Assembly (NCBI GenBank): GCA_003604975.1
Contig: QZIR01000001.1
Location: forward strand, 6,034 to 30,033
Direction of reading: 5' to 3'
Length of the DNA stretch: 24,000 nt
DNA from: Desulforudis sp.
GTDB taxonomy: Bacteria; Bacillota; Desulfotomaculia; Desulfotomaculales; Desulforudaceae
The translations under genes were made by a program, and so were the position numbers. The notes beneath the pieces were generated by a model. It was given only the letters and a program-made list of their open reading frames with translations, searched no databases and was not told where the DNA came from. Of this stretch, positions 14,831-22,968 are shown piece after piece (positions within the stretch are counted from its first letter, which is position 1; every line of letters begins with the position of its first letter).

Positions 14831-15056
14831 CCAACATTATCTAAAGATTCGCCATCTTTCCTGCATATCCTGTGCCCGCGAAAAAAATGGGAAGAGAATA
14901 GGAGAAATTTCTTTTCAATTAGTAATGATTCGCCAAATTTTTCCCTGGAAGAAGGGATTTTGGCCATGATCTAGAAACATATGGCATCTGGAACGGAATA
15001 CCGGGGATACGGAAACCTATGGATTTGCTTAAAGATAGAACGGGAAGTGTCTTCGA

Positions 15057-16742
15057 GTGACGGAAGCCAAGGCATCAAGCAAGCAACTCGGTGAACAGCT
15101 CCTGGAAAAGGGTCTCATCACCCGGGAACAGCTCTGGGAGGCCTTGCGCGTCCAGTCCAAGACTGGGGACCGGCTCGGTAACATCCTGGTAAAGATGGGG
15201 ATGGTCTCCCAGGACGAGGTGGACCAGATTCTCGGGCTGGCCCCGAGTGTTTCTTTGGATACTATCGACAGCGATCTCCTGAAGACCGTCCCGGAACAGC
15301 TGATCCGGAAGTACCTGGCCATTCCCGTGAAGCGGGAAGGCCAGAAGCTGATCCTGGCCATGGCCGACCCCTCGAACGTTCTGGCTGTAGATGATTTTCG
15401 GCTGATCCTCGGGTGCGAGGTGGAGCCGGTGCAGGTAGCGGCAGAGGACCTTGAGGCCGCGATCCAGAAACATTTTGGAATTCCCCAGTTCGACAAGGCT
15501 TTCGACGACTTTGACCTACAGATTGCCGGTGGGGACGAGGAAGAGCAAGACGAGGAAAACCTTATTGACGATGCGCCTATCGTTCGTTTGGTAAACTCGG
15601 TCTTTATGCAGGCCATCGAGATGAACGCCAGCGACATCCATATCGAGCCCCAGGAGACGGGGCTTAGAGTGCGCTACCGCGTGGACGGCGTGTTACGGGA
15701 AATCGCCCACCTGCCGAAAAAGATCCGGCCCGCCGTCATATCACGTATTAAGATCATGTCCGAGATGGACATCGCTGAGAAGCGGGTGCCCCAGGACGGC
15801 CGTATCCCACTTAGGGCCGGCAGGCGGGACTTCGACCTCCGGGTCTCCACCCTGCCGACCACGTACGGGGAGAAGGTGGTTTCCCGCCTGCTCGACAAGT
15901 CGGGTATGCAGAACTACCGGATCGAGCAGTTGGGCTTCCACCCGGAGAACCTGAAGAAGTTTCGCTCGGCGCTCCGTAACGCTTACGGGATGCTGCTGAT
16001 TACCGGGCCGACCGGCAGCGGCAAGACCACCACCCTCTACGCCGCACTGAACCAGATCAACACCATCGAACGGAATATCGTTACTGTTGAGGATCCGGTG
16101 GAGTATATGCTTGTCGGGATTAACCAGACCCAGGTCAACGTTAAGGCCGGAATGACCTTCGCGGCCGGGCTGCGCTCCATCTTACGGCAGGACCCCGACG
16201 TGATCATGGTCGGTGAGATCCGGGACGGGGAGACCGCGGACATCGCTATGCGGGCGGCCATTACCGGTCACCTGGTGCTTTCGACCCTGCACACCAACGA
16301 CGCCGCGGGGGCGGTCGGCCGCCTGGTCGACATGGGGGTGGAGCCGTTTATGGTCTCGGCCTCGCTTTTGGGGATCGTCGCTCAGCGCCTGGTGCGCCGT
16401 ATCTGTACCGAGTGTAAGGAGGCCTACGAGCTTCCGCTGCATGCTCCGGAGCGGCAGTTTATGGGTCTCGAATCCACCGCGCCAGTGATGCTCCACCGGG
16501 GCACCGGCTGCGGGCGCTGCGGGAATTCTGGCTATAAGGGCCGGGTTGCGGTCCATGAGGTCCTTATGGTTAACCCGGCAATTCGCCCGCTGATCTCAGC
16601 CAACAAGCCGGCCGATAAGATCAAGCAGAAGGCGGTTGAGCTGGGGATGATCACTCTCAAGGCGGACGGGGTCTACAAAGTGCTGGAAGGGCTGACCACG
16701 GTCGACGAGGTCATGCGCGTGGCCTACGTGGGCGAGGAATAG
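15057..16742 (+). CDS. pilB: Type IV pilus assembly (extension) ATPase PilB/GspE family
   Basis: It has an N-terminal MshEN/T2SSE_N-type domain (LGEQLLEKGLITREQLWEALRVQ...), Walker A GPTGSGKTTT, Asp/His boxes, Walker B DPDVIMVGEIRD and the tetracysteine motif CTEC...CGRCGNSGYKGR. Confidence 0.95.
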   Translation: MTEAKASSKQLGEQLLEKGLITREQLWEALRVQSKTGDRLGNILVKMGMVSQDEVDQILGLAPSVSLDTIDSDLLKTVPEQLIRKYLAIPVKREGQKLILAMADPSNVLAVDDFRLILGCEVEPVQVAAEDLEAAIQKHFGIPQFDKAFDDFDLQIAGGDEEEQDEENLIDDAPIVRLVNSVFMQAIEMNASDIHIEPQETGLRVRYRVDGVLREIAHLPKKIRPAVISRIKIMSEMDIAEKRVPQDGRIPLRAGRRDFDLRVSTLPTTYGEKVVSRLLDKSGMQNYRIEQLGFHPENLKKFRSALRNAYGMLLITGPTGSGKTTTLYAALNQINTIERNIVTVEDPVEYMLVGINQTQVNVKAGMTFAAGLRSILRQDPDVIMVGEIRDGETADIAMRAAITGHLVLSTLHTNDAAGAVGRLVDMGVEPFMVSASLLGIVAQRLVRRICTECKEAYELPLHAPERQFMGLESTAPVMLHRGTGCGRCGNSGYKGRVAVHEVLMVNPAIRPLISANKPADKIKQKAVELGMITLKADGVYKVLEGLTTVDEVMRVAYVGEE

Positions 16743-16779
16743 CCCAGCCGGAGAATCCAGAGAAAGAGAGGTCCCCGTA

Positions 16780-17877
16780 ATGCAGATTGACGAAATTCTG
16801 AGACTCGCGTTTAAACTGGGTGTCTCGGACGTCCATTTCACGGTGAACAGTGCAACGGCGTTCAGGCTGCACGGCCACCTGAGGCCGTTTGACGCCCCGG
16901 AGTGGGCGGGGCGGCTGGAGATCGACCCCTCATACATCCGGGTCCTGACCCCGGAGGATACCGACAACCTGGCCCGGCAAATCATTATCCCGGAGCGCTA
17001 TAAGGAGTATATGGCCACAGGGGAACTGGACTTTTCCTACGCGATCGAGGGGGTCGGGCGTTTCCGTGTCAATGCCTATAAACAGCAGGGTAATGTGGCC
17101 CTGGCCATCCGCCTGATTAACTCCCGGATCCTTTCGTTCGCTGAGCTTGGACTGCCCGAGATCCTGGCCTATTTGTCCCGTAGGCCGCGGGGGATGGTCC
17201 TGGTGACCGGTCCGACCGGAAGCGGTAAATCCACGACCCTGGCCTCGATGATCGATCTGATTAATAATGAAAGATACGACCACATCCTGACGCTGGAAGA
17301 CCCGATCGAGTTCGTACACAGCCACAAGAAGTGCCGGGTGAACCAGCGGCAAATCGGGCTGGACAGCAAATCATTCGCCAGTGCCCTTCGCGCCGCGATG
17401 CGTGAAGACCCGGACGTAATCCTGGTTGGTGAGATGCGTGACCCCGAGACCATCGGCATCGCCCTGACCGCGGCCGAGACTGGTCATCTGGTGTTTGGTA
17501 CCTTGCACACCTCAAGCGCGGCACAGACCATCGACCGTATTATCGACGTGTTCCCGCCGCACCAGCAGCAGCAGATCAGGGTCCAGCTGGCGAACACGAT
17601 CCAGGGTGTGGTGGCACAGCAGCTGATCCCACGGATCGACAAGCCGGGCCGGGTCGCTGCCATTGAGATCATGGTCGCCACGCCAGCGATCCGGAACCTG
17701 GTTCGTGAAGGCAAGACCTACCAGATCATCAGTCAGATCCAAACCGGCGCCAAGTTCGGGATGCAGTCGCTCGATATGAGCCTGCGCAACCTCTACCAGA
17801 AGAAGATGATCAGTAAGCAGGAGGCCCTGAACCGCGCCGCTGATCCGGAAAGCCTCCAGAAGATGATCGCGGATTAG
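16780..17877 (+). CDS. pilT: Twitching-motility (retraction) ATPase PilT
   Basis: 365 aa, with SDVHFTV, GPTGSGKSTT, EDPIEF, REDPDVILVGEMRD, TGHLVFGTLHT and the AIRNLVREGK motif characteristic of PilT. Confidence 0.95.
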   Translation: MQIDEILRLAFKLGVSDVHFTVNSATAFRLHGHLRPFDAPEWAGRLEIDPSYIRVLTPEDTDNLARQIIIPERYKEYMATGELDFSYAIEGVGRFRVNAYKQQGNVALAIRLINSRILSFAELGLPEILAYLSRRPRGMVLVTGPTGSGKSTTLASMIDLINNERYDHILTLEDPIEFVHSHKKCRVNQRQIGLDSKSFASALRAAMREDPDVILVGEMRDPETIGIALTAAETGHLVFGTLHTSSAAQTIDRIIDVFPPHQQQQIRVQLANTIQGVVAQQLIPRIDKPGRVAAIEIMVATPAIRNLVREGKTYQIISQIQTGAKFGMQSLDMSLRNLYQKKMISKQEALNRAADPESLQKMIAD

Positions 17878-17928
17878 GTCCGCATGTACATTGCGGGAAG
17901 TCTGTAATAGATCTGAGGTAAGAACGGG

Positions 17929-19143
17929 ATGAGTCAGCTGAAGTTCAAGTACAAGGCCCGGAACCAGTCTGGAAAGCTAGTCGGGGGCACCATCACGGCG
18001 GAGAGCGAGGCGAAGGCCCGGGCTCTGCTGCGCGAGCGGCGCTTCTTCGTGGTGGAGATCAAGACGGCGCCGCAGGCCAAGGGATCTTCGTCCCTGTTCG
18101 GCAGTAAGAAGATCACGGCAAAGGACCTGGCGGTCTTCTGCCGCCAGCTGGCCACGATGGTCCAGGCCGGGATGCCGCTCCTGACCTGCCTGAACGTGCT
18201 GGGGCAGCAGAGCGACAACACCACCCTCCGGGAGACCTCGGCTTCGATCGCCCAGTCGCTCGAGACCGGCAAGACCCTTTCCGAGTCCATGCGGGAGTAC
18301 CCGAAGATCTTCCCGAACATCTTCATCAGCATGATCGAGGCTGGTGAGGTGGCCGGCGCCCTGGATGAAGTCCTGGAACGGCTGGCCATTCATTTTGAAA
18401 AGGATGCCGACATCCGGTCCAAGGTGAAGGGGGCCATGATGATGCCGGCGGTGGTTATTGGGGTTGCCATTATCGCGGTGATCATTATCCTGACCTTTGT
18501 TTTACCGACCTTTATCAATATGTTGACCGATATGAACGTGCCCCTGCCGGCACCGACCAGGGCGACGATTGCGTTAAGCGAGTTCCTGCAGTCGTTTTGG
18601 TATATGGTCATTGCCCTGTTTGCCGGGGGCTTTATCTCTTTCAAGCGCTATGCGGCAACGGCCAAGGGGAAGCAGGTGGTTGACCGGGCGGTGTTAAGAC
18701 TACCGACCTTCGGAACCCTGATCCGGAAAATGGTGGTGGCTCGGGTCTGCCGGATCTTGGCATCCCTGGTCCGCAGCGGCGTGCCGCTCCTGCAGGCGCT
18801 GGCCATCGTCCGGAGCATCGCTGGAAACGAGGTTTTCGCGAGCGCGATCCAGACGGCCGAGAACAGCGTGAAAGAAGGTGAGGGGTTGGCCCCGCCCCTC
18901 GAGCGGAGCAAGGTTTTCCCGCCGATGGTGACCCGGATGATTGCGATCGGTGAGGACACCGGCGCATTGGATGCCCTCTTGGAGAAGGTTGCCCATTTCT
19001 ACGAACGGGAAGTGGACGACACGGTGTCCAACCTTTCCAAAATTCTGGAGCCGATGCTGATGGTCGGTATCGGGGGAATCGTCGGCTTTATCCTGATGTC
19101 GGTGTATCTGCCGATGTTCAGCATAGTTGGTTCAATGCAGTAG
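17929..19143 (+). CDS. pilC: Type IV pilus platform protein PilC (GspF family)
   Basis: 404 aa with two T2SSF repeats (FCRQLATMVQAGMPLL..., ILASLVRSGVPLLQAL...) and three TM segments. Confidence 0.95.
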   Translation: MSQLKFKYKARNQSGKLVGGTITAESEAKARALLRERRFFVVEIKTAPQAKGSSSLFGSKKITAKDLAVFCRQLATMVQAGMPLLTCLNVLGQQSDNTTLRETSASIAQSLETGKTLSESMREYPKIFPNIFISMIEAGEVAGALDEVLERLAIHFEKDADIRSKVKGAMMMPAVVIGVAIIAVIIILTFVLPTFINMLTDMNVPLPAPTRATIALSEFLQSFWYMVIALFAGGFISFKRYAATAKGKQVVDRAVLRLPTFGTLIRKMVVARVCRILASLVRSGVPLLQALAIVRSIAGNEVFASAIQTAENSVKEGEGLAPPLERSKVFPPMVTRMIAIGEDTGALDALLEKVAHFYEREVDDTVSNLSKILEPMLMVGIGGIVGFILMSVYLPMFSIVGSMQ

Positions 19144-19169
19144 GTTGGTGTGAACGGGAAGTGGTTTTC

Positions 19170-19652
19170 ATGCGGCCTGTACCCGGGATAAGAGACAGAC
19201 TTGACGGTATGAAACGGACCGCTGGCTTTACCCTGGTGGAACTGGCGGTACTGATGGTGGTGCTCGGGATCATGATCGCCATCGCTGTGCCAAGTGTCCA
19301 GAAGACCATCGATTCATATCGGTTAAAGACGGCTGCTGCCGAGATGGCCACCAACATCCGGCTGGCGGGGCAGGAAAGCATCAGCCGGGAATTGGAGTAC
19401 CGGATTGAGTTTAACATCGCTGGCAACCGATACACTGTTTTCCAGATGGTGTATGGCGGTGATGTAGAGATTGAGTGCGTTGAGATCAGAGGCCAGGTAA
19501 GCATGACCGGGACTGGTTTTTCCAGTAACCAGCTTACCTTCGGCAAGCAGGGCCGGCCTTCGGAAAGCGGGGATATCACCTTAACAAGTGATTTGGGTCA
19601 GGTCCGTAGGGTCAGTGTCGACGAGAGCGGCCGGGTTGCGATAGTTGACTAG
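19170..19652 (+). CDS. Minor pilin, FimT/GspH-like
   Basis: The prepilin motif is KRTAG/FTLVELAVLMVVLGIMIAIAVPS, followed by a GspH-like body ending ...GDITLTSDLGQVRRVSVDESGRVAIVD. The start is ambiguous (GTG 19161, ATG 19170 or ATG 19209). Confidence 0.8.
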   Translation: MRPVPGIRDRLDGMKRTAGFTLVELAVLMVVLGIMIAIAVPSVQKTIDSYRLKTAAAEMATNIRLAGQESISRELEYRIEFNIAGNRYTVFQMVYGGDVEIECVEIRGQVSMTGTGFSSNQLTFGKQGRPSESGDITLTSDLGQVRRVSVDESGRVAIVD

Positions 19653-19689
19653 TTGTCAACGGTTGCCCATTATCAAGGGAGATGACTTC

Positions 19690-20067
19690 ATGCTCCGAAT
19701 GGATAGCCTACGGAACAAAACCGGCGGTTTTACCCTTCTTGAAGTGCTCGTGGCGCTCGTGATCATCTCGATCCTGCTTACGCCCCTGGCTACAGGCTAT
19801 GGCCTATACCACCGGGCGACGGCGCAGGCCGACGGGGAGACACTCGCCGCGCTCCTGGCGCAGGACAAGATGGAGGAGATGAAGGGCAAGACGTATCCCC
19901 AGCTGGTCGACGGCTCCGATTCGGACACCCCCAGGTCCGGTTACAGCCGCACCGTCGAGGTCAGCACGGGCACCCTGGGGACGAAGACCATTGTGGTTAC
20001 CGTTACTTATCCGGTGCAGGAAGGGACCAGTCAGGTGACACTTCAGACAGAGAGGGCAAGGCGATGA
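19690..20067 (+). CDS. Minor pilin, PilV/GspI-like
   Basis: AAGGGAG RBS, then MLRMDSLRNKTGG/FTLLEVLVALVIISILL. The small body ends in a beta-rich segment. Confidence 0.8.
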   Translation: MLRMDSLRNKTGGFTLLEVLVALVIISILLTPLATGYGLYHRATAQADGETLAALLAQDKMEEMKGKTYPQLVDGSDSDTPRSGYSRTVEVSTGTLGTKTIVVTVTYPVQEGTSQVTLQTERARR

Positions 20068-20540
20068 CCCGATTGACCAGAGAAAGAGACCAACAAGGCT
20101 TCACCCTGGTGGAAATGCTGGTCGCGGCGGTCGTCCTGCTGCTGGTGCTGTCCGTCGCCAATGCTCTCTTCTATGAATCCGTCGTCTCCTGGCGTAGCGG
20201 CGAAGCCCGCATGGATGTGCGCGAGGGTCTGCGCCTGGGTCTTGACCGGATGTCGCGGGAATTACGGACGGCCCAGCGGGTGACCGATATGCAGAGTGAC
20301 AGCATCGAGTTTATGGTCGTGAAGGATGACGGGACCGAAATCTCTGTGCAGTACTACGTAAACCTGAGTCAGGAGCTTGTGCGGGGAACAGACGAGGAAG
20401 ACCTGGTGTTGGTAACAGGGGTTGACGACCTTGAGTTTACCTACCTTGAGGGAAACCGGGTGATCCTGGTCAGACTCCGCGGCACGGCGGGAGACCAGAC
20501 CGTTGAATTTACCACCAGGGTCGCTCTGCGTACCCAGTAG
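20064..20540 (+). CDS. Minor pilin, PilW/GspJ-like
   Basis: ATGA overlap with the preceding gene. The motif is MTRLTRERDQQG/FTLVEMLVAAVVLLLVL, followed by a GspJ/PilW-like region (EARMDVREGLRLGLDRMSRELRTAQRV). Confidence 0.75.
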   Translation: MTRLTRERDQQGFTLVEMLVAAVVLLLVLSVANALFYESVVSWRSGEARMDVREGLRLGLDRMSRELRTAQRVTDMQSDSIEFMVVKDDGTEISVQYYVNLSQELVRGTDEEDLVLVTGVDDLEFTYLEGNRVILVRLRGTAGDQTVEFTTRVALRTQ

Positions 20541-20554
20541 TTTTTCGGGAAAGG

Positions 20555-21808
20555 GTGGGTTGCGTGTTTCGGATCACCGGCCAGCGGGGCCAGGCAATGA
20601 TCATGGCGCTTCTGATTATGGGGGTGGGCCTTGTGGTGACCTCCGCGCTGGCGACTATGGGTACCGGGGCGATCAAGATCACCCGTTCCCACGCCGCCGA
20701 CATCAGGGCCTACTACATTGCCGAGGCGGGGATGGAGCGGGCTCTGGCCCAACTGCGGCTCCAGCCTTCGTGGAACGGTTTTAAGGACGGGAGTGGCACG
20801 GACCGGTGGGTGGATTATGGTGAAGGGCAGTTCAAGATTGAAATGGAGCCGAACGAGTTTACAGGTTGGGACACCCAGGAAAGGACTGTGACAATCACTT
20901 CTACCGGCCGTTACCTTGTTTCCGGGGAAACGGCTCAAAAGACCCTTGTTGCACTGGTTAAGGTTAGGCTGCACGATGCATTGTGGAACTGGCCCGGGTT
21001 GTTTGTGGACGGTTCTTCGGCTGTAAGCATCGGCGGCAATACCACCTTAGAGATAACAGAGGACGCCGGCGTACTTTCCGGCAAAGTATACGTTCGGGGT
21101 AACCTTTCTATTTCCGGGAGTGGGGAACTCAGGGCAGATATCCTGGCTGTCGAGAAAGAACTCTCCGTGCAGAAGGTCAACCAGCTGTATGCACAAGAAG
21201 CAAGAGCGTACACAATGTCTGCTTCCACAATTGAAAAAATCAGACCGACGGTCCCTGTAATCATTAGTGACTGGAACCCGGGGGATGAGGAGATTCCGGA
21301 CGCCGTCTTCACGAGTGATATGAAGGAGTACTATGCACAGCTTGCCGCAGATCCTGGTATAACGATATGGGATCAGGACGGGTTGAAAGATATGTCAGGT
21401 ATCTATCAATTGGATGGGCTCTACCGGTGCAACGGTCCACTGGATTTGAAGTCCGGCACCTATTCGGGGCGTGGTACGATCATCGTCACCGGGGATGTCG
21501 GGTTTTCGTCGGGGAACACACTTGTAAAGGCCGATAAAGACTCGTGTCTCACGATTATAACACCTACCGGCACCGTGACCTTGGGCGGGGGGGAAACCCT
21601 GGGTGCAAACGTGATTGCACACAAGCTTCGTCTGAACGGGAAAGCGTCGATCCTCGGAATCGCAATGGTGGAGGAAGTTGAGTTTAATGGCGGCGGGAAC
21701 AAGGTCAACTTTAGCCTTAATAACCTGTTTGCGGAGGGAAGCGACATGGCCCTGCCCGGAACGACCATTACCATTGGGAGTTGGAAAGAGAAACACGGTA
21801 TTTTTTAG
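20555..21808 (+). CDS. PilX-N-domain protein with a large beta-helix-like C-terminal region (candidate pilus tip/priming component)
   Basis: QRGQAMIMALLIMGVGLVVTSALATMG....AADIRAYYIAEAGMERALAQL fits the PilX_N pattern. The C-terminal 250 aa carry repetitive G/N/S-rich beta-strand motifs (GNTTLEITEDAGVLSGKVYVRGNLSISGSGEL; GTIIVTGDVGFSSGNTLV; GTVTLGGGETLGANVIAHKLRLNGKASILG). The start is GTG 20555 or GTG 20564. Confidence 0.7.
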   Translation: MGCVFRITGQRGQAMIMALLIMGVGLVVTSALATMGTGAIKITRSHAADIRAYYIAEAGMERALAQLRLQPSWNGFKDGSGTDRWVDYGEGQFKIEMEPNEFTGWDTQERTVTITSTGRYLVSGETAQKTLVALVKVRLHDALWNWPGLFVDGSSAVSIGGNTTLEITEDAGVLSGKVYVRGNLSISGSGELRADILAVEKELSVQKVNQLYAQEARAYTMSASTIEKIRPTVPVIISDWNPGDEEIPDAVFTSDMKEYYAQLAADPGITIWDQDGLKDMSGIYQLDGLYRCNGPLDLKSGTYSGRGTIIVTGDVGFSSGNTLVKADKDSCLTIITPTGTVTLGGGETLGANVIAHKLRLNGKASILGIAMVEEVEFNGGGNKVNFSLNNLFAEGSDMALPGTTITIGSWKEKHGIF

Positions 21809-21817
21809 ATCGGGGGA

Positions 21818-22948
21818 GTGGGTGTGAAGCTGAACACCAGGATTGACATCAAGGAGCTTGTCGGGAGGCTGTTGCCGAAGCAGACGCTGTTTGTGGCGGT
21901 GGACTACGGTACCCGCTGGATCAAGACGGCCTCGGTGAGCATTGCCGGACCAAAGCCAATGCTCCTGCAGCTTTCGCGGGTGGCGCAGCCTCTTTCCGGC
22001 GCGGACGAGCCTGACCAGGAGGCCCGGGTGGCACGCCTGGCGGAGGCGGTGGAACTGGCGGGGATCAAGAACCAGGAGGTCATCGCTACGCTCAGCGCGG
22101 ATAAGGTGATCACACGCCACATCCAGCTCCCGATAATACCCGAGAAAGAACTGGCCTCCGCGGTGAGCTTCGAGGCCGAGAAGCTGATCCCGATCCCCCT
22201 TTCCGACCTCATCGTCCGCCACGTCAAGCTGGGTGAGTCCGAAGGTGAGGAGGGCCGACAGCAGGAGGTATTATTGGCGGCTGTGCCTATCGAAGTGGTG
22301 TACGGCTTCTACGAGATGTTCGTCCAGGCCGGCGTGGTTATTTCCGCCCTCGACCTGCCCTCTCTGGCCCTGTGGCGGGCGTTGAGCGGCGTGATCGGCC
22401 CCGGTGTCCGGCCGGACGGAGTGATCGCAATCGTGGACATCGGGGCGGTGAACACCACCCTCATCGTGGTGGATCAGGGTTCACTGCTGTTCTGGCGTTC
22501 ACTGGCGGTCGGGGGAGACATGCTCACAAAATCGATGGCCGACACGTACACGACCAGTTTTGAAGAAGCCCAAAAGCTGAAGGAAGAAAGCGGGAAGATC
22601 CTGTCCGCCGAGGAGGCGGCCAACGTGATCTCGCCGGAGGAAATGCAGTTGGACTTCTCCCTCCGCGACGGACTGGGTGAGATCGTCAAGGAAGTCCGTC
22701 GCTCCCTCGACTTCTATGCCGGTACCAGGGGGGCCAGGCCGGTACAGAAGATTCTCCTCAGCGGGGGTACCAGTAATCTCAAGGGGTTTGTGCCCTTTCT
22801 GACCGACGCCCTTGAGCTTCCTGCAGAGATCGGGATGCTGCCGGTGGATGCGCCCCCAGGGACCGAGCAGGAGATGCCCTATCGTGACCCGGCGATGTTT
22901 ATATCTGTCGGACTGGCCCTCCGGGAAGCCAGTGTCAACCTAATTTGA
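21818..22948 (+). CDS. pilM: Type IV pilus assembly protein PilM (actin-like ATPase fold)
   Basis: 376 aa, with FVAVDYGTRWIK, AVSFEAEKLIPIPL, AIVDIGAVNTTLIVV and LLSGGTSNLKGF, which are PilM/FtsA-like phosphate and adenosine motifs. The start is GTG 21818 or GTG 21824, after GGGGGAG. Confidence 0.9.
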   Translation: MGVKLNTRIDIKELVGRLLPKQTLFVAVDYGTRWIKTASVSIAGPKPMLLQLSRVAQPLSGADEPDQEARVARLAEAVELAGIKNQEVIATLSADKVITRHIQLPIIPEKELASAVSFEAEKLIPIPLSDLIVRHVKLGESEGEEGRQQEVLLAAVPIEVVYGFYEMFVQAGVVISALDLPSLALWRALSGVIGPGVRPDGVIAIVDIGAVNTTLIVVDQGSLLFWRSLAVGGDMLTKSMADTYTTSFEEAQKLKEESGKILSAEEAANVISPEEMQLDFSLRDGLGEIVKEVRRSLDFYAGTRGARPVQKILLSGGTSNLKGFVPFLTDALELPAEIGMLPVDAPPGTEQEMPYRDPAMFISVGLALREASVNLI

Positions 22949-22968
22949 ACGCAGGGGATGGGGGTCGT

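Noticed and set aside
14803-14967. 55-residue N-terminal extension of the PilQ-N-like ORF (MAKIPSSREKFGESLLIEKKFLLFSSHFFRGHRICRK...)
   Set aside because: The segment is markedly AT-richer than the coding sequence, has an odd composition, precedes the TM helix with no recognisable domain, and contains a palindrome. GTG 14802 with AGGGGTGA upstream gives a normal short-tail/TM N-terminus.
15029-15637. Long antisense or alternative-frame ORFs from the track (e.g. 15029-15637 -, 23390-23965 -, 21395-22222 -, 5335-6036 -, 1561-2100 -, 3691-4203 +, 3806-4390 -)
   Set aside because: Each lies entirely within, or opposite, a gene with strong family signatures. Their translations are Arg/Pro/Ser/Gly-rich and low in complexity, as expected for shadow ORFs in high-GC coding DNA.
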